A stretch of 64,000 nucleotides of DNA from Candidatus Hadarchaeota archaeon (lineage in GTDB: Archaea; CAYQAE01; CAYVLA01): the NCBI GenBank assembly GCA_964621445.1, contig CAZUNO010000003.1, positions 124,664-188,663 of the forward strand, written 5' to 3'. The position numbers and the translations under genes were made by a program. Numbering within the stretch: the stretch's first letter is position 1; each line of letters begins with the position of its first letter. The notes beneath the pieces are model-generated. The model saw only the letters and a program-made list of their open reading frames with translations. It had not been told where the DNA came from and did not search any database. Shown piece by piece: positions 10,002 to 20,085 of this stretch.

Positions 10002-10551
10002 CGATTCACAAAAGAAAATCCTGGCCCTGAGCCGGGAGCACGGACTTTCAGCTATACAAAGGATACTGCTTGGGCATGATGGATCAATGACCCGGCTTCT
10101 TGAACTGGCCAGCGGCCACCAGGTCTTTTTACATACCCTGAAGCAGGTGGTTATACCCTGTCCGGCCGACATATCAAAGATCCTACAGATTTCTCCTCAA
10201 GAGAGGGTTAACGAGAGAGAGATAGTAATGAAACGAGATGCTGATGACCGCCCGCTACTTCATGCCATATCCTATACACCCCTTTCAAGACTTGAAAAGA
10301 GGTTCAGGTCCGACCTCATGAAGGCCGACATCCCCATAGGACGCCTAATGCAGAGATATAACATGGAAGCGAGGAGAGAAATCACCGAGGTCGGTCTGGA
10401 GAGGGAGAATGAACGTCTATCCCATATTTTGGACTGTGAGGGCCCCTTTCTCTGGAGGTCGTACATCATATTCAAAGACGAGATACCCCTGATAACCATT
10501 CATGAATCCTTCTCGACCGATGTCATCTCCAGTGCCCGCGAAAGCACTTAA
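9979..10551 (+). CDS. chorismate pyruvate-lyase-fold protein (UbiC/DUF98-like)
   Basis: 190 aa; 'LLGHDGSMTRLLE' resembles the 'LLEDSMTKRFE' region of E. coli UbiC. Confidence 0.4.
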   Translation: MELESDLDDSQKKILALSREHGLSAIQRILLGHDGSMTRLLELASGHQVFLHTLKQVVIPCPADISKILQISPQERVNEREIVMKRDADDRPLLHAISYTPLSRLEKRFRSDLMKADIPIGRLMQRYNMEARREITEVGLERENERLSHILDCEGPFLWRSYIIFKDEIPLITIHESFSTDVISSAREST

Positions 10552-10586
10552 ATCGGCCAGATATGGCTTGGATGTGAGGAATCTAT

Positions 10587-11270
10587 TTGGATATTGGAAG
10601 GAGAAGGGACCTCCACATGCACACCATCCTTAGCGATGGAGGTATGATCGCCTCTGAGGTCGCTCGCAGGGCCGAGAACCTCGACCACGCATTGATAGCC
10701 ATTACCGATCACGTTGACAAGTCCAATATCGATATCTGTCTCTCGGGACTACTGGACGCTTTGGCCGACATCAATTCCCTATCTGAAATATCCGTGCTGG
10801 CCGGGGTGGAAATCACCCACGTTCCACCAGCGACCATAGATGAAATCGCCAGGCAGGCCAAGTATAAAGGGGCAAATATAGTGGTCGTGCACGGCGAAAC
10901 CGTGGCCGAGCCGGTCCAGCCGGGAACCAACGCCGCGGCCGTAAACTCCCCCTATGTGGATATCCTTGCCCACCCCGGCTTGATCTCTCCCGAAGTGGCT
11001 CAAACGGCCAGGGAAAACGAGGTTTACATCGAACTGACGGCTAAGGCAGGGCACGACAAGACCAACCCGCACGTAGCCAAGGTATGCCGCGAATGCGGTG
11101 CCAAGATGGTGGTAAATACCGACCTCCATTCTCCAGATGATTTCATCTCTCAAACGGAGGCACTGGAAATTGCGCTAGCGGCGGGCCTGGACAGAAAACA
11201 AGCCATTCAAACGGTAAGGGAAAATCCCATTGAGCTATCTAGTCGTGCTGCCCTTCATTTCCGTCGATAG
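10587..11270 (+). CDS. PHP-domain metal-dependent phosphoesterase
   Basis: 'DLHMHTILSDG' and 'ITDH' His-rich PHP motifs. Confidence 0.55.
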   Translation: MDIGRRRDLHMHTILSDGGMIASEVARRAENLDHALIAITDHVDKSNIDICLSGLLDALADINSLSEISVLAGVEITHVPPATIDEIARQAKYKGANIVVVHGETVAEPVQPGTNAAAVNSPYVDILAHPGLISPEVAQTARENEVYIELTAKAGHDKTNPHVAKVCRECGAKMVVNTDLHSPDDFISQTEALEIALAAGLDRKQAIQTVRENPIELSSRAALHFRR

Positions 11271-12612
11271 ACCGTAATAACCTCTTAACGATCCTACCTT
11301 TTTTAAGATCCGCCTTTTCCGCGCTTGTCCATAGGCTACTTCGCCTATTCTCTCTATCCCCGGCATCCACATCCACCACCCTCTTCACCTCGGTGTACGG
11401 GCTCTCCCTGAACCGGGGCAATAAACGCTTCTCCCCGGCAGGGCCTTGGATAAATACCTGGTCTCCCTCCACTTCTCCTATTCTTTTCGATTTAACCCCC
11501 ACTTCTTCTAGCTTAGCAATCAACGAGGCTGAAATGGAGGGTTTACAGAAGACGAGGAGGGAATCCAATGAAACCCCAAGAACGTCAACGCCCCGGTCCT
11601 CCAGTAGCTTCTTGACCCTCGGGTCTGGCAGGGAAAGTATTTTCGACTCATTTACCCTGGCCCCGTGACCGCATTCCTTGGCTATCTCGTGGAGATCGGC
11701 TCGAATACCTCCGTTGGTTACATCGGCCATGCAGTGGATTCCATCAACTAGTTCGCTATTCAAGATGGCCCTCGCGGCCACCAAAAAATCCACGTTTATC
11801 GTTTCCTGGACCACTTCCGGTTGGCCCGAATAAATTGCCGTGGTGCATATGGTTCCTCCTCCGGCACCCTCGGTCATTATTATGTCGTCCCCCCTTCGCA
11901 CATCCCTACGTGGGAAAAGACGTTCTGCACTTCCAAAAGCACTGACCCCTCCCGTTAGCCGGGAACCTATTACCATGTCCCCGCCGATTCTAAGAGTGCT
12001 TCCCCCCAGTACTGGGCAACCGATAACTTCACAGACCGAGCTAACCCCTGCCATGAACTCGAATAGCTTGGCTACATCCCCATCATCCGCGAGATGGAGG
12101 TCTACTAACAAGCCGCCGGGGGATGCCCCCTTCACATATAAATCCCGAAATGCGGCCCGGGTCACGTGGAATCCGGCCAGGAAGGGGAAATCGCTAAGCC
12201 TTGAATGCATTCCTTCCATCTTGACCACCAGATACCGGCCCTTATCGGTATGTATCGCCCCCGCATCGTCCATGTCCTGGGGGGAGAGAACGGCCGCGCC
12301 TCCGGTGTAGGAGAGGTCGCTTAAAATCTCATGAACGAAGAAATCACCGGTTCCCCTGCAGCCCACGCCCTGCTCACCCATGGTCACCCCTGATCTAGAA
12401 TAACCAATAACGCTCTCCTCCTGGTCCCCGGCAACAAGGCTGGCCTTGACCTCGGAGACGATTGCCCGGGCAATCCCTCGGGCCCTTTCCCGGTCAGTAT
12501 CCTTAAAATCCAGTATCTCACCGGTTAACCTGGTTATGATATCCTCTTCCCCAGTCTCCTTCGCCAACAGGTTACGAGCCAACCCTTCAAGATCCGCCAT
12601 TTTCATCACCAA
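11239..12612 (-). CDS. AIR-synthase-related (PurM-like fold) protein with N-terminal extension
   Basis: 457 aa; glycine-rich PurM-superfamily segments ('EGAGGGTICTTAIY', 'DVTNGGI'); exact family unresolved. Confidence 0.45.
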   Translation of the reverse strand: MVMKMADLEGLARNLLAKETGEEDIITRLTGEILDFKDTDRERARGIARAIVSEVKASLVAGDQEESVIGYSRSGVTMGEQGVGCRGTGDFFVHEILSDLSYTGGAAVLSPQDMDDAGAIHTDKGRYLVVKMEGMHSRLSDFPFLAGFHVTRAAFRDLYVKGASPGGLLVDLHLADDGDVAKLFEFMAGVSSVCEVIGCPVLGGSTLRIGGDMVIGSRLTGGVSAFGSAERLFPRRDVRRGDDIIMTEGAGGGTICTTAIYSGQPEVVQETINVDFLVAARAILNSELVDGIHCMADVTNGGIRADLHEIAKECGHGARVNESKILSLPDPRVKKLLEDRGVDVLGVSLDSLLVFCKPSISASLIAKLEEVGVKSKRIGEVEGDQVFIQGPAGEKRLLPRFRESPYTEVKRVVDVDAGDRENRRSSLWTSAEKADLKKGRIVKRLLRSIDGNEGQHD

Positions 12613-12692
12613 GGCCCTACAGGTCCCGCGAGCATCATTCCTTTCCTCTGGAAGGTAATTTCGCTACTTCTCGAGATATTTATCAGCCTTAC

Positions 12693-13568
12693 TTGGGCCT
12701 AAACTACCGGGAGGCAGCTTTGATAGATATTAGCAATTGCCGACCTGATCCTGATTTCAACGGTAAAACCTATGAGAGAATCGCGAGAACACTAAACCTA
12801 GATACCTATGCTGATCACGAAGCCACTCAAATTCTCCATTCCCTTATGATGGGCAGGGCAGAGGAATCCAGAAATGCCTTGGACCGGCTTGAAGAACTTG
12901 TAAACTCTAGACCTGCCTTCGTATTTGGGTGTGGACCTTCCCTGGATAACCATATCGCGGGATGCATTTCCTATCTGAGATCCGCAAAGGTGGTGACAAT
13001 AGCCGCCGATGGTGCAGCATCTGCCCTCATTGACAGGGAGGTCCTGCCAGATATCGTGGTTACCGACCTGGATGGAATACCGTCCGATATTTCCCTGGCA
13101 TCAAATAGGGGAACCATAGTACTACTACATGCACATGGTGATAACCTGAACTCGGTTCGGAGATGGCTGCCAAGAATCAACAACGTTATACCTGTGACCC
13201 AGACCGAACCGACGGACCTTGTTCACAACTTCGGAGGTTTCACGGATGGAGACAAATCAGTACATGTAGCCTGCCTGTTCGGTTGCTCGGCCTTGCTGCT
13301 TGCTGGAATGGACTTTGGAAACGAGGTGGGCCGATGGTCGTCTCCACAAGGCCCTCATGATGACCTTGGAATGAAACTGAAAAAGCTGGAAATTGGTAGT
13401 GAACTAACAGCCAGATGCATATCAGAATGTGGTGCACCTGTGTATTCACTCCCACCCAGCCCATTCGACTGGGTTCCTGAAATTGAGTGCCAGAGACTTC
13501 CCAAAATTTTGGGCGCTAGGAGAACGAGAGATGAAAGACAAGATGCTAATCGAAAAAATGATGCCTGA
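12693..13568 (+). CDS. mptE: 6-hydroxymethylpterin diphosphokinase MptE-like (DUF115)
   Basis: 'FVFGCGPSLD' and 'IVVTDLDG' DUF115 motifs; first gene of a pterin cluster. Confidence 0.5.
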   Translation: MGLNYREAALIDISNCRPDPDFNGKTYERIARTLNLDTYADHEATQILHSLMMGRAEESRNALDRLEELVNSRPAFVFGCGPSLDNHIAGCISYLRSAKVVTIAADGAASALIDREVLPDIVVTDLDGIPSDISLASNRGTIVLLHAHGDNLNSVRRWLPRINNVIPVTQTEPTDLVHNFGGFTDGDKSVHVACLFGCSALLLAGMDFGNEVGRWSSPQGPHDDLGMKLKKLEIGSELTARCISECGAPVYSLPPSPFDWVPEIECQRLPKILGARRTRDERQDANRKNDA

Positions 13569-14175
13569 AGGTTCGTTACAGGAGCTAATCCTGGTCTCAA
13601 TATCACAGGCTGGGAAAACCAACCTAGCACCAATAGGCGTTTGGAGCGATGATAAAGGGCTCTTGGCAAGGATTGGCCGCGAAACCCAGAGCATGCGTAA
13701 CTTGCTCAGCCGTCCTCAAGCCCGTTTTTGTGTGACCCTGAACCCGCTATTGATAGCCAAATCGGCGTTTAATCTTGATTGCCATGAATTTATCCTGGAT
13801 GATAGCAGAGGACTCCCCCAGATATCCGGTTCCGAAGCCGATATTCTGGTGGAGATGAAGAGCCATAGGGATTTCGTGAAGAGGGACCTGCTTGGGAATT
13901 CGCCCTTTGTAGAGGTGCTCTTCGAGGTAAAGGAGGTCAAGGTAAAAGGATTGCCTCGTCCCCCATCTCGTTCTCTTTGTGCGACCATCGACTCCATCAT
14001 AGGAATAACTAGGGCTAGGCTGGCTCTTGAAAGGGAACTGGAAATATATGAACAGCTGGCTAGGCAGGTAAGAGAAAATATTTCAAAAGCAAGGAGGTTA
14101 GGAACAAACCAGGAAGAGGAGGAGGCCCTCCAGCTGTGCGAGGAAGAGCTGAAAGATATGACTAGAGAGGAGTGA
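13531..14175 (+). CDS. hypothetical protein, possibly DUF447-like split-barrel flavoprotein associated with methanopterin clusters
   Basis: Track ORF starts at 13429 inside the previous gene; in-frame ATG at 13531 ('MKDKMLIEKMM') gives a compact junction. Family assignment weak. Confidence 0.3.
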   Translation: MKDKMLIEKMMPEGSLQELILVSISQAGKTNLAPIGVWSDDKGLLARIGRETQSMRNLLSRPQARFCVTLNPLLIAKSAFNLDCHEFILDDSRGLPQISGSEADILVEMKSHRDFVKRDLLGNSPFVEVLFEVKEVKVKGLPRPPSRSLCATIDSIIGITRARLALERELEIYEQLARQVRENISKARRLGTNQEEEEALQLCEEELKDMTREE

Positions 14176-15737
14176 GCATGAACATGCTCACTGATGAGGG
14201 GGGGAAACCGCTCATAATAACCGGAAGGATCTGCTATCCAAGTATAAGTAAACTCACGCGCGAATTTGAAATCTCCATTTATGAGGTACCGATCGACGTC
14301 GCGGCCTTACTCACGGCAAATGATGTCATCGATGCCATGAAGGATATTGACCTGGAGGAGATAAGCTACGTCATGCTACCGGGTATGTTCAGAGGAGACA
14401 TAGACGCCCTCCAGGAGCGCTTTCAGATACCGTTCTTTCTAGGTCCTACTAACTTCGTTGATATACCTCTAGTAGTAAGCGAAACCTCGATCGCCGAGCT
14501 ATCAAAGACGGTCCCCGCCGATAGGCAAATAGCAGACCATAAGCGGAAAGAGGTTCTTGGCTTCTACAGAGATGCACGCCGCAGGGAAAACCAATGGCAA
14601 GGGGAACCTCTCATTATTGGTCATGATGATAATGGGGTATCCATAGGGAGAGGGTGCCCACCTGCACTGGTTGCCGAGGTCGTTGATGCACCAAGGAAGG
14701 ATGTCAAGGACATCCTAAAGGAATGCAGGCACTACCTTGAATCCGGAGCAGATATCATAGATATGGGGATGATTCCTCGGGAGGATAACTCGAAATGGAT
14801 CACATCAACAATACCCGAGATTAAGGCCGAAATCCAGGCGGCCATCAGTATAGACACAATGTCAGAGAAAGAGATCTTGGCTGCGAACGATCACCAAGCG
14901 GATCTTATTCTAAGTATCTGTGGAAGCACCATTGATTTAGTCCCCAGCATCGACCTGCCCTTTGTGCTAGTTCCCGTTGATGATCCCCAAAGCAAACCCC
15001 CTGATTCCAGCCAAGCCAGAGTAGAGAAGCTAAAATCCTACCTAAAACTCATCGGTAACCGGAATGTAATCCTTGACCCTTTACTGGCACCAATAGGAAC
15101 TGGATTCTATTCATCCATTAAATCGTATTTAAAACTGGAGGAGGAACTCCCGAAATTTCCATCATTAATGGGGATAGGAAATGTTACCGAATTAATCGAT
15201 GTTGATTCCATTGGCATCAACGCAGTGCTCGCTGCTTTGGCGCTCAAGGCAAACACGTCATTGATCTTAACAACGGAAAACAGCCAAAAATGTAGAAACT
15301 CGTTATCGGAGCTCAGCACAGCTTTAGCGATGATCTATTACTCACAACAGAAAAAAATAGTCCCAAAAAACATGGGCCTTAACCTCCTTCGCTACAAGGA
15401 AAAGAGGAAAAGGATTGATCCCACACCTCTAGCAAAACCTGAAATCAAGGCAGGAAAAGGAAAGCAAAAAACGGATATTGATAGGAATATAAAGTTCCAC
15501 ATTTTACTAAGGAACAAAAGAATTCATGTACTGAGGGAGGGAGAGGGAGATAAGATCCATCTTTCGGGGAATTCCGCCATGGACATCTGCTTTGAGCTGG
15601 ATAGGCAAGAACTATTGCCGGGACCAGCCCATTCCGTGTATTTAGGAAGGGAGCTGGCAAAGGCAGAGACCGCGCTAAAGACCGGCCGTAGCTACATCCA
15701 GGACCAGAACCTATTCACTGAGGTTGATGAGTCTTGA
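14172..15737 (+). CDS. mptH: dihydropteroate synthase-like pterin-binding protein with C-terminal extra domain (MptH-like)
   Basis: Pterin-binding TIM-barrel features ('GADIIDMG', 'ISIDT'); C-terminal 'GDKIHLSGNSAMDICFELDRQ' resembles the extension in archaeal DHPS-like proteins. Confidence 0.5.
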   Translation: MSMNMLTDEGGKPLIITGRICYPSISKLTREFEISIYEVPIDVAALLTANDVIDAMKDIDLEEISYVMLPGMFRGDIDALQERFQIPFFLGPTNFVDIPLVVSETSIAELSKTVPADRQIADHKRKEVLGFYRDARRRENQWQGEPLIIGHDDNGVSIGRGCPPALVAEVVDAPRKDVKDILKECRHYLESGADIIDMGMIPREDNSKWITSTIPEIKAEIQAAISIDTMSEKEILAANDHQADLILSICGSTIDLVPSIDLPFVLVPVDDPQSKPPDSSQARVEKLKSYLKLIGNRNVILDPLLAPIGTGFYSSIKSYLKLEEELPKFPSLMGIGNVTELIDVDSIGINAVLAALALKANTSLILTTENSQKCRNSLSELSTALAMIYYSQQKKIVPKNMGLNLLRYKEKRKRIDPTPLAKPEIKAGKGKQKTDIDRNIKFHILLRNKRIHVLREGEGDKIHLSGNSAMDICFELDRQELLPGPAHSVYLGRELAKAETALKTGRSYIQDQNLFTEVDES

Positions 15738-16729
15738 AAACTGGAGTTCGGGTTAAAACCGGTCCAAGACTCCATTTCGGCTTGTTAGACCTATCCGGTG
15801 ACATGGGCAGGGTGGACGGTGGAATCGGCATGGCCCTTCAGGAACCTTCTCTGGTCATCCAGGGTAGGAGATCGAGTTCCACGAAAAGCAACAAGTTCTC
15901 TAAACTGGTTGAGTATGCGGTTGACGCTCTAAACAAGCATTATGATAAAAATTACAGCCTCGATATCCAGGTAGATCGATCTTACCCCCAGCACGTGGGA
16001 CTGGGATCCACCACCCAGATCCTCCTCTCAATCTCATACATCTACAACTTAATTTTCGGACGAACACATAACTCGCGAGAAATGGCCAATTTGCTAGGGC
16101 GAGGTGGAACATCCGGGATTGGGGTAGCATCCTTTCGATCAGGAGGCTTCATACTTGATGCAGGTCATACCTTTGGTCATAACGGTGAAAAGAATACATT
16201 CCTGCCGTCGAGGGTTTCTAATTGTCCTCCTGCACCCGTTCTCTTTAGGCATCGCATTGCATCTGACTGGGTCGTTGATCTACTCGTACCCCTTGATTCC
16301 CCAGGCCTCTCCGGTAGACCTGAAGCCGAATTCTTTCAGAAAAAATGCCCAATTCCTCGGCCAGAAACCGATAGGATATCTAGAATAGTATTATCAATTA
16401 TCCTTCCAAGCGTTATTTCATCTGATATTAAACGCTTTTCTAAAGGCATTAACCTACTTACAACGTTGGGATTCAAGTATCTAGAGATACAAAACCAATC
16501 TGAATACGTAAGGAATCTAATTTCCGATATTAAACTGGTTACTAAAAATCAAGCAGCAGTTGGTTTAAGTTCATTTGGTCCAACCGTTTTTGTTATAAGT
16601 AAAAATAATTTAAGAATGAAATTCATTGATAAATTAAAGGATCACATATCGTATATACAATCACAACATGGAGTTACTTACTACGTAACAAGGTGTAGAA
16701 ATATTGGGGCTACTGTAAATGTATGGTAG
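15734..16729 (+). CDS. mptG: beta-ribofuranosylaminobenzene 5'-phosphate synthase-like (GHMP kinase fold)
   Basis: N-terminal 'RLHFGLLDL' and GHMP 'GLGSTT' motif. The last 350 nt are markedly AT-rich relative to the rest of the gene. Confidence 0.55.
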   Translation: MKTGVRVKTGPRLHFGLLDLSGDMGRVDGGIGMALQEPSLVIQGRRSSSTKSNKFSKLVEYAVDALNKHYDKNYSLDIQVDRSYPQHVGLGSTTQILLSISYIYNLIFGRTHNSREMANLLGRGGTSGIGVASFRSGGFILDAGHTFGHNGEKNTFLPSRVSNCPPAPVLFRHRIASDWVVDLLVPLDSPGLSGRPEAEFFQKKCPIPRPETDRISRIVLSIILPSVISSDIKRFSKGINLLTTLGFKYLEIQNQSEYVRNLISDIKLVTKNQAAVGLSSFGPTVFVISKNNLRMKFIDKLKDHISYIQSQHGVTYYVTRCRNIGATVNVW

Positions 16730-16917
16730 TTATCTTCATTGTTTGATTGTTTGACAAAGGAAACAGAACAACCTGAAAGAGGGGTACTATTGAGTTTTGT
16801 TTGATCGTTTGAATGATTATAGTTGTAGCTCCGATGGATATCTTGGAAAAGAGCATTTTCCCACCTGGTTTAGTTTTTTGTTTGTGTATGTTTGTTCAAA
16901 TGTTCAAATGGATTGGG

Positions 16918-18018
16918 TTATCCCTTTTTGAAGGCTCTGGTAATATCTTTGGAGAGAGTGTACTTGTTTTTTCTCCCGACTTTTTCCACTTGAACTGCTC
17001 CCATGTTACGTAACCTGTTTAGTTGGGTGTTTATGCTACCGTAGTTGTCAACGTCGAGTTCATCTAGCACATCCTTTATGAAGGCACCGTCGGGATAGTC
17101 AACAAGGGCCTGGATTATCTCACTTTGTTGTGGTGAGTATCTTTCTAGGATCTGTTCTCTCATTGGGCCCGTGTCCTTCTTCTTTCCTAGGTAATCAGCG
17201 ACCAGATCGGCATCTATAACATCTTTCCCTGACCTAATAGTCTGGAAGACTAATTGAGCTGCTATGGTTAGAGTATCCCTGGGTACCCCGTTTGAGTGTG
17301 CATGGATCTGTTCTATCGCCTCGTCTGTGAAGGGAAGGCCATCCTCTACTTCCTTCTCACCCCTGGCCCATGCTATTCTCCTGTAGATAAGTTCCTTTGT
17401 TTCTTCTAGGTCGAATGCCTCGAGGTAGATACGCATCTTTATTCGATCCTCGAGCGGAGGAACTTTCTTCCTGATGGTGTCTAGAGCATCTTCAGTTCCC
17501 GCGAACACTATGGACCCGCCGGCATCGTGTAGGGTTCTCACCCATCGGGCAGCTGGTTCGGATATTTCCTGGAATTCGTCGATTAAGATAACGATGTTTT
17601 CTTGTTGTAGGTGTTGTGTTATGTTTGTTGCAATTCTGTCTAGCTCTAGGGCCCTGTTTCTGGAAAAGATGGAGGATAGTCTTTCCAGGATGGAGGGTGA
17701 GTGAACGTTTTGATGTATGTGCCGGAGCATTTCGTCGTGGGTAAGGGGTTTTTCTATTAGGATTACCTTTCCGCCATTTTCCTTGCGAAGCATGTAGTGA
17801 AGCTTCTTTAGAAATGCGCTTTTACCATATCCTATGGGGGAAAGAATGGATACCATGCCCTGGTTATGTTGAAGCATGAAGGTTGCTTGGTTAAGTTCCT
17901 CTTCGTATCTGGGAACATAAACGAATTCATTGGGTAAAGGAGTATTCAGAATAAAGGGTTCTCTTCCGTGAGTCCAGCCTTGTTTGTTATAGAACTCCTC
18001 TGTTATGTTGGTGTTCAA
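16918..18018 (-). CDS. AAA+ ATPase with C-terminal winged helix (archaeal ATPase/AAA_22-like; Orc1-like not excluded)
   Basis: Walker A 'SPIGYGKSAFL', Walker B 'ILIDEFQ', C-terminal wHTH-like 'NRLRNMGAVQVEKVGRKNKYTL'; sits in a low-GC, GT-skewed island. Confidence 0.5.
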   Translation of the reverse strand: MNTNITEEFYNKQGWTHGREPFILNTPLPNEFVYVPRYEEELNQATFMLQHNQGMVSILSPIGYGKSAFLKKLHYMLRKENGGKVILIEKPLTHDEMLRHIHQNVHSPSILERLSSIFSRNRALELDRIATNITQHLQQENIVILIDEFQEISEPAARWVRTLHDAGGSIVFAGTEDALDTIRKKVPPLEDRIKMRIYLEAFDLEETKELIYRRIAWARGEKEVEDGLPFTDEAIEQIHAHSNGVPRDTLTIAAQLVFQTIRSGKDVIDADLVADYLGKKKDTGPMREQILERYSPQQSEIIQALVDYPDGAFIKDVLDELDVDNYGSINTQLNRLRNMGAVQVEKVGRKNKYTLSKDITRAFKKG

Positions 18019-18019
18019 T

Positions 18020-18563
18020 TTCTACCACTGAGGTGCGTGCCTTAAGGATCGTCTTGTGCGGGTAAACCTAAACATCACTCTAACGTTTGCTGAACATAGA
18101 TAACGTACGGCTTCCAATAATTGATAGGCAAATCTCGTTCTAATAAAGCTTTTTGTTTTATTTGTTGGCCCATGTTTTAGTTGTTGTTGCGCTCTGATCA
18201 GAAGTTGTATGAATAGTTGGGTTTGTTGTTATTGTTGGGGTGCTTTGGTAGGCAATTTTGATAGGCCTGGATATATCCAAAAGCAGATGATAATGATTTC
18301 GTTTGGTTTGTTGGTCTATTGTGTTCCTTCCGTTATGCTTGAATGTTTGGTGGGGTTTAACTCAGAGACCGTTGTTGGTCTTGTTGGAGTTAGTTATTGC
18401 TTACGTTAGGAGTTTGTATATGTTTGTTATTGATACGTTTACCTGTTAGCTGAACCGTTTATTGATGCGGTATAGTTGTTAGGCAGGTTTGAATTTGTTT
18501 GTTTTGGTGTTATTGGCGGTGGATAATGGCTGTTTAATTTGTTGATTTGTTATTAAGCGTATG
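18020..18563 (+). other. 544-bp non-coding stretch with strong G+T skew on the plus strand and a recurring 'gttattg' motif
   Basis: Only low-complexity ORFs; base composition unlike flanking coding DNA. Confidence 0.4.
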
Positions 18564-19493
18564 TTATGCTTTAGCTCGACCTATTAAATGGCGGGAAATT
18601 GCGCCAGTTACGTCAACTCCGGATGCCCTAGCGGTTGCTTCAAATGATGGAGAAGGGTTAACTTCAAGTAGCTTATGCCCTTCGGAAGTATCAAGAATGT
18701 CTACGCCGGCAATATCTAGATTAAGTACTTCTGAAGCCTTAATAGCGTCTTCAGCCATCTCAGCGGGTATATATTGTTTATCCAGCGCCTCTGCGGTGGC
18801 ACCAAGGGATATATTATGCTTGTATATGGAGCCCTGTCGCTTTATTGCAGCGATGATTTCATTACCAACAAGCAGTATTCTAATATCATATGAGGAAGGA
18901 ATGTAGGGCTGGATCATGGCGGGTTGTTTGTTCATATGAAAGAGGGAAAGGGTGTCTCCTAAACAAACATCATCCTTAGCTAACATAACACCAATCCCAC
19001 CAGCGCTTTGAAGGGCCTTGATTACACAGGGGGAATGGATAGTTGAGTTTGTTATATGTATGTTACGTATGGGGTTTGGTGATACGAAAAAGGGAACTAT
19101 TGGTAAATCATTTTTAGATAGAATGGAGAGACAAAGATGCTTCCTGGCGCTTAGATATATGGAACGCGGATGGTTAATAACGGGGACTTGTTGAGAGGCA
19201 ATCCACATGGTCTCAAAAAAGAATTGGAAACATCTAGGACCGTATTCCTCAAGCCATGAAGATATGGGCCTTTGGAAAATTAGATCAAAGGAGGAAAATG
19301 ACATGTTTTCAACTTGGCCGTAAGCTAGGTCATTTAGGTCTGGAGAAGGGCCTGAACCGGTTTGAGGATGATTGATTAGGGAGAGCCAGGTGTCATTTGG
19401 ACTGAAAACATCAAATTCGATGCCCAGGGAATTGAATTTTGGGGCAAAAAGGGATACTTCCTTTTTGTTTTTTGGAAAGTAGGCTATCCTCAT
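18564..19493 (-). CDS. RimK-family ATP-grasp alpha-L-glutamate ligase (MptN/CofF-like)
   Basis: ATP-grasp C-terminal core ('VNPSPSFE', 'DIAGVDILD'); 309 aa is typical of RimK-type ligases; AT-rich codon usage. Confidence 0.55.
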   Translation of the reverse strand: MRIAYFPKNKKEVSLFAPKFNSLGIEFDVFSPNDTWLSLINHPQTGSGPSPDLNDLAYGQVENMSFSSFDLIFQRPISSWLEEYGPRCFQFFFETMWIASQQVPVINHPRSIYLSARKHLCLSILSKNDLPIVPFFVSPNPIRNIHITNSTIHSPCVIKALQSAGGIGVMLAKDDVCLGDTLSLFHMNKQPAMIQPYIPSSYDIRILLVGNEIIAAIKRQGSIYKHNISLGATAEALDKQYIPAEMAEDAIKASEVLNLDIAGVDILDTSEGHKLLEVNPSPSFEATARASGVDVTGAISRHLIGRAKA

Positions 19494-20085
19494 TGGAATT
19501 CCCTTTGATTTTATGTTATGACTTGTAGCATAACAAGAAGGGGGGGAAAAGTTATATGTGTTGTTATGATTAGAATAATGGAGTAAGAAAGGGGTTGGCT
19601 GATAACGGCAAGGTTAGAGATTTGGGTTAATAACAATAGGGGGTAAATGGGGAAATTACAAATAAATATTAATAAGATTGATTCCAAAAGTTATTAATCA
19701 TTTTATTCAGCATTGGAATTAGAAGCCAGAAATGCGTTCATGAAGATATGAGATGACATTAATCCTGTATCTGGGACGTTGGAGATTATCATTTGCTAAA
19801 TAAAGAAATCTAAGGGCCTGGCCTGCCGGTTACGGGCATTAATTGTAAATCATAATAAGTCTCAAAAAGGGGGGTGGAAACGGAAAAAAAGAAAGAGGCA
19901 TCTCGAAAAGGGGCAAAAGGGGGGTGCTAGTGTAACTATATATGAATTAGGGCTGCAATAAGGTTTAATTAAAAAAATGGACAGCTATGGGGGCATAAGA
20001 GGAGTAATGGGAAGCAAAAAGGGGTTTGATGGGTAATAAGATGGGTGTTAGGAGGGGGTCAAGGATGCAGGATTATTTCTAATAC
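19494..20085 (+). other. 592-bp purine-rich non-coding region with G runs
   Basis: No ORF of 60 aa or more in any frame; A+G-rich on the plus strand; lies between the ATP-grasp gene start and the mfnB-like gene end. Confidence 0.4.

Noticed and set aside
16918-18018. AAA+ ATPase as a bona fide Orc1/Cdc6 replication initiator
   Set aside because: Walker A is 'GYGKS' rather than the Orc1-type 'GxxGTGKT' and no ORB-like repeats were seen nearby; kept as a generic AAA+/wHTH ATPase with Orc1 as an open possibility.
18209-18409. 66-aa ORF in the GT-rich intergenic stretch
   Set aside because: Cys/Val/Gly/Leu-rich translation that mirrors the G+T skew; no start context or motif; more likely non-coding.
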